64,000 nt of DNA from an uncultured Bacilli bacterium (GTDB taxonomy: Bacteria; Bacillota_I; Bacilli_A; RFN20; CAG-288), in contig CALVXU010000015.1 in the NCBI GenBank assembly GCA_944371605.1, positions 9,686-73,685 of the forward strand, read 5' to 3'. The notes beneath the pieces are model-generated. The model was not told the origin of the DNA. It searched no databases and saw only the letters and a list, made by a program, of their open reading frames with translations. Positions 24,157 to 31,900 of this stretch are shown piece by piece (the first letter of the stretch is position 1; each line of letters opens with the position of its first letter). The position numbers and the translations under genes are program-made.

Positions 24157-24727
24157 CTTGAGACTCCTCTTTCATATCTGATGAACTATTAGGTAAATCA
24201 TCACTTTCTTCAAACATCGCTAAAAGTTGATCATCGCTTTCATTGACCCCGTATATCTTATCATCTGGAGTATAAGACGCATTGACTTCATTAAAGACAT
24301 CATCAGCACTAGTCATAATCTCTTCACTCTTCACTTTAGTCTGCAATGCGCCATTCAAAAATTTAGCAAGGTTCTTTTGATCTGATAATAAATCCTGCAA
24401 AGATACATCTGAAGCAGCTTTAATAAAATCTTTATCGTCTAAAGCATCTTTAAGCTTTTTCAAAAGTTGTAAATTATAGAGCAAGTATAATGAACGTTGG
24501 ACTAAAGTTTGACGATCTTTTTTTAACGCTTCTATCTTCTTTGCATATAGAAGTCTAATATCACGATTCTTCTCTACTTTGCCTTTTTCTAATAGAGCTT
24601 GTTCTTCACGTGATTTTTGAATTATCTGCTCTTCAAGTGCTTGTTCACGATTATCTAATTCGATGATAGCATCAACAACTTCTTCACGTTTAAGCTTTTT
24701 AAATTTATTCTTCTTAAACGGCCACAT
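24143..24727 (-). CDS. ESCRT-III (Snf7)-like coiled-coil protein
   Basis: 194 aa with a basic N-terminus (MWPFKKNKFKKLKREE). It follows a Snf7-like pattern: ai.eL...e.LE....k.eee...L...G.....r....aKk.e.Lkk....l......l.n.q. The C-terminal tail is acidic (DDQLLAMFEESDDLPNSSSDMKEESQD). Its start overlaps the upstream stop in TGATG. Confidence 0.55.
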   Translation of the reverse strand: MWPFKKNKFKKLKREEVVDAIIELDNREQALEEQIIQKSREEQALLEKGKVEKNRDIRLLYAKKIEALKKDRQTLVQRSLYLLYNLQLLKKLKDALDDKDFIKAASDVSLQDLLSDQKNLAKFLNGALQTKVKSEEIMTSADDVFNEVNASYTPDDKIYGVNESDDQLLAMFEESDDLPNSSSDMKEESQDVNI

Positions 24728-25095
24728 CAGAATTTTTCCTCTTTAGTATCAATAGTAGTGACCAAGTTCTTTCTTTTCGTGATTGCTAATTTTAAATCAT
24801 TGATGCAGGAGATCAGCTTTTCACTAGCAAAATCAGTTTTTTTCAAGCACTTATTAACTTCAATCATCAAATCACCAATAGTGTTTTGGATATTTCTATC
24901 TGCCTTTTCACTATCAGCACGTGGGATGAGATATTTGATTTCCTCTCTCAAAGTTTTTAATTCCTTAGAAAGGTTGTCGTCTTTTCCTTCGACTAAATCA
25001 ACTAAAATATTCATCGAAGAAAGCATCTCAGAGATGCGATTCTTTGACTTAACCTCATCTTTATATGCAGAATTTTTATTTTTAAAAAAGAACAT
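24727..25095 (-). CDS. Small helical protein of unknown family (operon gene 2)
   Basis: An ORF of about 122 aa, predicted helical by composition. I moved the start to the ATG at 25095, 8 nt after GGAGG; the track start at 25110 contains the SD itself. Confidence 0.5.
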   Translation of the reverse strand: MFFFKNKNSAYKDEVKSKNRISEMLSSMNILVDLVEGKDDNLSKELKTLREEIKYLIPRADSEKADRNIQNTIGDLMIEVNKCLKKTDFASEKLISCINDLKLAITKRKNLVTTIDTKEEKF

Positions 25096-25119
25096 TTCCT
25101 TTTCCTCCAATCAATTCAA

Positions 25120-26235
25120 TCATCGAAGTTTTTGTCCACAATTAGGACAGAAGAGAGCATTTTCTGGAACACGAGCATGACAAGAAGGACACACACCATC
25201 TTCGATCAACTTAGTACCATCATTAGGACAGAACTTCATATTCCCACCAAATTTATTATGACAAGTGGGACAGACCATAGTGATAGAATGGGAACCAGAA
25301 ACAGGTTTAGCATTAGGAACTGATTTATTTCCATCTGTAGGCCATCCTAAAATTTTTAAAACATCATAATACTTATCAATATCTGAACTTTGTAAATCAT
25401 GTAAAATTTTCTCTCTTTCAAAGTTCTTATCATCTAATCTTTCTAATTCGGCGGCTATTTCCTTTGCATCTTTTTTCTCTTGCTCTTTATCTTTTAATTC
25501 TTTACGTCGTTTTTCGAGAGCTTGAATTTCAACCTCACTCGGAGAGATATTGCCGATAGTGAATGAGCAAACTTCTAAGCCATAATCATCACTGAACATC
25601 TGATTGATCTGTGTCTTAATATTTTCTGCGATATCTAATTTATATAAAGTTATTTCTTCAAAAGGAATATGTTTTTCCTTGAGCGTTTTATAAATATTAG
25701 GTTCAATGATAGATAAAAGTCTTTGCAATAAACGGATTTGTAAATCAGAGATTGTAAAATTCTTATCTGCTCCAACTAATTCTTGATAGAATTTTTGAGA
25801 ATTCTTTACACGTACTTCAAATTCACCAAATGCTCTCACATGAACCAAAATATCAGTAGCTTCATCGCGGAATGCGAAAGGCGTGCTAGTTCCCCATTTC
25901 ACAAGCAATCTAGCTGTTTTAGAAATAAAAACTAAATCAACTGAACAAGCACCTACTTTTCTAGCACTGAAAATTCCTTTTTTATAGTCAAATATCGGAT
26001 ATCTTCCGCCTTGTAAAACGTTCATCAGCATCCCGTCTTTCACAAACACCACTTCATGCGTTTGTGGAACAATAATTTCAGCTTCTGGATTTAAAACATC
26101 TGCTTGAAATCTCCAGAAAAGTGAATTGTTATCACCTTCAAATTTGATTTCTTTTAGATTTTTTAAATCCTTCTTATTCTTCTCATTGATCGAATCATCA
26201 TTGTTATTCAAATTAAACACACTTCTTTTTGCCAT
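25120..26235 (-). CDS. SPFH/Band-7-like protein with C-terminal double zinc ribbon (YdjI / COG4260-like)
   Basis: SLFWRFQADVLNPEAEIIVPQTHEVVFVKDGMLMNVLQGGRYPIF and LVFISKTARLLVKWGT fit the YdjI/virion-core-like SPFH family. The C-terminus CPTCHNKFGGNMKFCPNDG...CPSCHARVPENALFCPNCG holds two zinc ribbons. I moved the start to the ATG at 26235, 6 nt after GGGGGT. Confidence 0.7.
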   Translation of the reverse strand: MAKRSVFNLNNNDDSINEKNKKDLKNLKEIKFEGDNNSLFWRFQADVLNPEAEIIVPQTHEVVFVKDGMLMNVLQGGRYPIFDYKKGIFSARKVGACSVDLVFISKTARLLVKWGTSTPFAFRDEATDILVHVRAFGEFEVRVKNSQKFYQELVGADKNFTISDLQIRLLQRLLSIIEPNIYKTLKEKHIPFEEITLYKLDIAENIKTQINQMFSDDYGLEVCSFTIGNISPSEVEIQALEKRRKELKDKEQEKKDAKEIAAELERLDDKNFEREKILHDLQSSDIDKYYDVLKILGWPTDGNKSVPNAKPVSGSHSITMVCPTCHNKFGGNMKFCPNDGTKLIEDGVCPSCHARVPENALFCPNCGQKLR

Positions 26236-26520
26236 AGTGTACCCCCATACACACATATTTTATTTATTATATTAGAAAAAAAGTATACACACAATTAAAA
26301 ATATGTAACTTTAGTAGAATCCTAGTATAAAAATTCTCATTTTCAAATTTTACTAACTAAATGTTCCTAATGCTAAAATTAAATACTAAAAAACATAACC
26401 CATGTTGAATAAAATCTGAAAATTTGCATATATGATTGTGTGCCTACATATTACGTTTCGACATAGTAATCACTGTAATTATTTTTATCATGTAAAGTTT
26501 TAGAAGCTTACTGCTTAATT

Positions 26521-28218
26521 TTACAAAAGTTTGAGTACTGACAAAAAATCATCTAACTTAATAAAATTGACATCATGTTTGATTTTTTCTTTTAAGAAAC
26601 GACTTTCATCTTCATCTTTACAAATTAAAATATCAACATCTTTAGTTTCCAAAGCCAAAATATACCCTTGAGATTCAATTCTCTTACAAAGATCAATACA
26701 ATCTAAATCAGATTTTTGAACATCATTAGAAAAGGCGAATCTTTTACCTATAAATTTTGGATCGGATAATATTGTCTTATATTTTTCATCGCTCTTTCTT
26801 TCTCTTCTCAACTTGTCAAAAGGCTTTTCGATTACTCCTTTAAGCCTCGAAATATATTCCCTTAGTTTTCTTTCATCTGCGTTTAATTTTGTGACTTCAA
26901 TATCCCACTTGCTAGTAATTATGCATTCTAGACCAGCTTGCCTAATTAAATCCCCTAGCAACAACTTAGAATTAAAATGCTTCTCAATTAAATACTTTAA
27001 AGCAAGCATCGTAGCCATGGCATCATAAGAGGCTTCATGAAAATTGATATTTTTTGTTTCATCCTCAGGAAGATATTTTTTAACTATTGCTTCAAGTCCT
27101 CCACTCTCTTTTAATAACTGTTTAAAGAGAATATGAACATCTATAGCAAAAATATCCAATGGATTATTTCCATATCTCCTATAAGAATAATCAAGATAAT
27201 CAAAATCGTTTTTGACATCAAATCCAAAAATCAATATATCTTTTTGATTAAAAAGATAGTTAATATAATCGATATAATAATCAAACTCAGGGGCTTTTCT
27301 ATATATTTCGTAGTTATCTTTTTCGTACCTTAAATGAAGGTCTTTTTGATTTTTTCTACCAATGAGAGCAAAATTATAATTTCTCCCATTGCCAGGATTG
27401 ATTATGTATTCACCTCTCATTGGTCTCTGAAAATTTGATGTGACTATAGTCCAACCAAACTCACATATTTTACCTTCGTCGTTAAAACAGTTAGCACATT
27501 CCGTATCAAAAAAGATATATCGTTTTACATTATTCCAATTAGTATTATTAAAAATGTTCTCCTTTACTTGTTTTGACTTGAGCTTTACATATTCTTTTTT
27601 AAAGCTATTAGACGAAGTTGTATAGCACCATGATGAAAAGATATCCTTTGATAAGCATTCACTTAACGTAAATCTGTATTCATTACATATTTTTTCAAAA
27701 ACTTTAAAAGCTAATAAAGCATTAGTCTTTGAATAATGTTCTTTAATCTTAATAACATCATCATTTTTCGGAAAAAGATTATTTATTGCGTTACTTAAAG
27801 ATGGTATGACAAGTTTCTTCTTAGTAATTCTATAGAAAGTTTGTACATCAAAAGCTTTTATATTAATGTCGATTAACTCATATCTTTTACAATCAGATGA
27901 TATGTAAAATAAATCATTCTTAATATCCCAACCCATTACTTGGTTTTCAGGGTTAGTGAGCAACGACTTAATTTTTTCATAATAGTAGGGGAATTTATTT
28001 TGTTTCCTATAAAACTCATAATCATTTTCAAAGTGAGCAAGTTCAATTTTTCTTTCAACAACATCAGAAAAATCTTCATTTTCACCAGGATTGATGAAAA
28101 AATTGCCTTCTTCAATAATCTGAAAAGAATCATTAACAAGTACATAGCCAAATTGAGCAATTTTAGGTTGAATGTTATGTTTATTAGCCACTTCACAATC
28201 TATAAATAATAAATTCAT
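26521..28218 (-). CDS. Tandem DEDDh (DnaQ-like) 3'-5' exonuclease domains plus a C-terminal BRCT-like region
   Basis: Domain 1 has LLFIDCEVAN (ExoI), MGWDIKNDLFYI (ExoII) and EHYSKTNALLAF, where ExoIII has N in place of the usual D. Domain 2 has IFFDTECANC, FGFDVKNDFDYL and FHEASYDAMATMLAL, an intact H-x4-D. The tail is FIGKRFAFSNDVQKSDLDCIDLCKRIESQGYILALETKDVDILIC. Confidence 0.65.
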   Translation of the reverse strand: MNLLFIDCEVANKHNIQPKIAQFGYVLVNDSFQIIEEGNFFINPGENEDFSDVVERKIELAHFENDYEFYRKQNKFPYYYEKIKSLLTNPENQVMGWDIKNDLFYISSDCKRYELIDINIKAFDVQTFYRITKKKLVIPSLSNAINNLFPKNDDVIKIKEHYSKTNALLAFKVFEKICNEYRFTLSECLSKDIFSSWCYTTSSNSFKKEYVKLKSKQVKENIFNNTNWNNVKRYIFFDTECANCFNDEGKICEFGWTIVTSNFQRPMRGEYIINPGNGRNYNFALIGRKNQKDLHLRYEKDNYEIYRKAPEFDYYIDYINYLFNQKDILIFGFDVKNDFDYLDYSYRRYGNNPLDIFAIDVHILFKQLLKESGGLEAIVKKYLPEDETKNINFHEASYDAMATMLALKYLIEKHFNSKLLLGDLIRQAGLECIITSKWDIEVTKLNADERKLREYISRLKGVIEKPFDKLRRERKSDEKYKTILSDPKFIGKRFAFSNDVQKSDLDCIDLCKRIESQGYILALETKDVDILICKDEDESRFLKEKIKHDVNFIKLDDFLSVLKLL

Positions 28219-28221
28219 TAT

Positions 28222-28986
28222 TTAATTTCTATTTTCCTTATAATCTTTGTTCTTTTTTATAACAGCTTCTAGTAATTTAGGAGTTACACATTTTTCTTTT
28301 GCTTGCTTTACAATTGACGAAATATCTTTTGGAAGACAGCTTCCTCCATATCCTCTATTATTCTTATAGACAAAAGTATGACTTGAACCAATTCTAGGAT
28401 CTGCAATCCAAATTTCTCTAGCTTTGTTATATGAAACTCCTAGTTTTTGACAAATATCATACATCTCATTGCAAAAAATCACTTTAGTTGCTAAATATGC
28501 ATTTTCCATGTACTTAGCCATTTCGACAGTATCACTATCTCCTTGATATATTTTTACATTTGAATTAATAACACTTTGGTAAACTTCAATAGCCATATCA
28601 ATTGCATCTTGTTCGCCACCAAAAGATAGCCAAGAACGATCAGATAAATTGGCAAAAGGATGCGCAACAGTTTCACCATAATATTCAGGTTGAAAAACTA
28701 TCTTCTTATGGTATTTATTGACCATCTCTTTTGTAAAACCAACTTTAACAGTTGAACGTAAAATAAGCACTGGACATGAGCACATAGAAATTACTTCTTC
28801 AACTGCTGAAGTATCACAACTCCCATCCTCATTCATAGGCGTAGGAACACAAATAAAAGCAGCATCGCATTTATTAATTTCTTCCATACTTCCTATGTTT
28901 TTGAATTTATCATATAACACTGCTTCTTTAAAAAGATTACTCATTGCAGTTCCAACATGTCCCACTCCAACAATTCCAACTTTCAT
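28222..28986 (-). CDS. UDP-glucose/GDP-mannose dehydrogenase-family protein lacking the C-terminal UDP-binding domain
   Basis: MKVGIVGVGHVGTAM (Rossmann GxGxxG), FICVPTP and the catalytic Cys box GYGGSCLPKD. At only about 254 aa it is short. The start ATG at 28986 overlaps the TAA of the upstream giant gene in TAATG; the track start at 29001 contains the GGAGG. Confidence 0.7.
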   Translation of the reverse strand: MKVGIVGVGHVGTAMSNLFKEAVLYDKFKNIGSMEEINKCDAAFICVPTPMNEDGSCDTSAVEEVISMCSCPVLILRSTVKVGFTKEMVNKYHKKIVFQPEYYGETVAHPFANLSDRSWLSFGGEQDAIDMAIEVYQSVINSNVKIYQGDSDTVEMAKYMENAYLATKVIFCNEMYDICQKLGVSYNKAREIWIADPRIGSSHTFVYKNNRGYGGSCLPKDISSIVKQAKEKCVTPKLLEAVIKKNKDYKENRN

Positions 28987-31900
28987 TATTTTTTCCTCCA
29001 TTTAATTCCATGATATTTTTTTGTATACAAGTTAAGATATTTAGATAATAAATTGATAACTTCATCCACATTATTAGCTGAGTAAATACAATCTTCTAGT
29101 ATGGCTGGATATCTAATTCTGTCATCTAGTTTTCGACCTGCTAGTTTCTTTCCATATCCATCAACATTATTAAATGCAATTATCAATTTATACTTTTGCC
29201 AAGCCATAGCCATTTCAGATAAAGTGCCAGCACCACCACCAATAACAACTACAGCATTTGCATCAACTACTAGACCATTTCGTAATAAATCAAGCCCAGT
29301 TGGCACGACAACATCAGCGAAATTATTCGCTTCTTCAGTATTAGTTGATGGAATAATAGCTATCGTTGAACCTTTTCTATATTTTGGAGATGATCTAGCT
29401 CCTTTAAAGACTGCTTCCATTACTCCACCTAAGCCGCCAGTTTGAATGTTATATCCTAGTTCTGCCAATTTTTTACCTAGTTCAAAAGCGGTTTTGTATT
29501 TTGTTGAATTATCTAAAACTGATCCGTCTCCTATTACAGCAACAGTTGGATATTGGCTTAATATTTCAGCTCTACTTAATAACCATTTTTGCATTTTTTG
29601 TTGAAAATTATCTTTATAAATGCCTAGTTTATTTTTACTTTCATCAGGCAAATCAAATAGATAAATTTGTTCTTTTATAAAAGCTGGTGAATAAGCGTGT
29701 TCAATTATTGGAAGCATCATTGCATAATCAGTTCTAATATCTATATATTGGCTGTCTTTCATTAAATTATCTTGAATAAATTCACATAGATAGCGCCTAA
29801 AACATTTAGGACGGAGCCATATATTATCTCCATTCCTTTCCCAACTATTTTTAAATGAAACTAAATCATATTTTTTTAATGGCTTATCTAGTCTAAAGCA
29901 GTTACCAATAGTAACATCATTACCACTATCAAATTTTTCTTTAATAATACTCAAAGCATCGTTTCTAATGAGAGCATCATCACTATCAATGTTGATAATT
30001 ATACTTTTTGGATTAATGCAAATATGCTTATAAAAGAATTCAAAGTTTGCCAAAGAGCCAACTCTGGTCTCGTTTTTAATATAAATAATTTTATCTTTCC
30101 AAATAGGTGAATAAGTTGCTAGCATTCTAATATATTCACTTGATGAAATATTAGTTGAATTATCATCTATATATACAATTTGAAAATTACTAAAACTTTG
30201 CATTTCTAAAGAATCAAATAATCTTTTTAGTTTAATTGTTGGTGTATTTCTTCCCCTAATGAAAACAACTACTTCTTTTGTTGTTTGAGGTATCCATTGA
30301 TAAGACTCGCATAAGTTAACATTATCTAATTGAATTAATGGAACAAACCTATTTTCAACTTGTCTTCTAACTATACTTATAAAATTCTTAACTTTCTTAG
30401 TTTCATTTTCTGGATGTATGAAAAATAAATGATTTGAAATTAGTCTTAGTGATTCCACTTTATTTAAAGATTTATCTAAAGCACGATTCCAACTATCTTT
30501 TAGAACACCATCTATAAGTTCATTATCTAATGGTAACTTTGTGCTTAACCTCTTTAAATCAATAAATGACGATCTAACTTCAGTTCTATTTGAAAGTATA
30601 GGGCTTCCATTTCTGTTATGAGCTATGCTTAAGGATAAAGTTAAAGCATTATTCTTTTTCAGAATATTTAAAGCCTCAGATAGACTTTCCTTACCATCAT
30701 TAAAATAAATTATGTCAGAATCTGTTTGGAAAGCGTATCTTGTTTTGCAAGATTCAAAACCATTTAAGATTGCTAATAGATTTTGTCCGTTTACACTATG
30801 TGCATCAATTGATTTTAATGAAAAATACTTTTTATAAAGTAAATAATCTTTAGGCAAATCTAATGATACAACTCTATCAATATAGCCATCATCTTTAAGA
30901 CGGCTAATTTCAGCTTTAAACTTTTCTATATTATCTTCATCATATCTACGTACTCTTTTCACATTTTCAATATCAATAGTCAAAATTCTTTCGGCAAATA
31001 CATCTTTTCTTTCTAATTGGGAAACAATATGCTTAACATTATCATAAATAGTATTAGCTTCCATTGAATTAGCTTTAACTATTAAAGTGCAATCAGTTAA
31101 AATATTTTTATTAGATTTATAACAATCAAAAATCAAATGTTCTCCGATAAAAGAGAGCGAAGATGTGTCTATTCCCTTATCTTCATATACCGCTTCAATA
31201 TTAAAGCCATATTTATTTAATAATCTTTCATAATAAGCTAGCGGTCGATGATATTCCTCTCTTTTTCCATAAATAGTAACTTTTTTATACAAAGAGCTTT
31301 TTTCATATTTACCATCATAATTTTTAATTGAAGTTACAGTATGATTTACATTATCAAAAAAAGGATTACAAATACTTAAAATAAATCTCCCATCATTTAA
31401 AACTAATTGATTAATTTTACTTAAAATAAAGTCATTGGTTTTATTATCAGTACAGCAAAGCACTTTATTGCAATTTACAAAATCAAAAATACGCTCTACA
31501 TTATTAATATCATCAATAACAGTAACTTTATTAGACGCTCTTTCATTTATTGTTTTTTTATCTATATCAAAAACATATGTGTTAAATTTATCAGCGATGG
31601 CATTAGCTATTCTACATTTTCCTGCACCATAATCTAAAACGCTGCTAGGATGATGACTATTTATTAAACTTAAAATGATTGGGTCATGAGTCTGTTCTTT
31701 TCTTTTATCATTTATTAAATCGTAAAATACATCTAGAGCATAATTAAATGCTTTATTTTCTTCTTGATAACTTTTAGAAATTAGAATTCTAAATTGATGT
31801 TTGTTGAGATTTGAAAACTTAATCATTTGATAGCAACGCTCAACACTCTTTTTATAATCTTTTTCGCTATAAGATACGATATCTCTTCCTAAATCTACAT

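Noticed and set aside
26283-26447. Imperfect inverted repeat (GTATACACACAAT ... ATTGTGTGCCTAC) flanking about 140 bp upstream of the ESCRT-like operon, possibly a MITE or switch
   Set aside because: Only about 10 of 13 positions match, there are no target-site duplication or other copies that I could see, and the sequence is AT-rich. It is probably chance.
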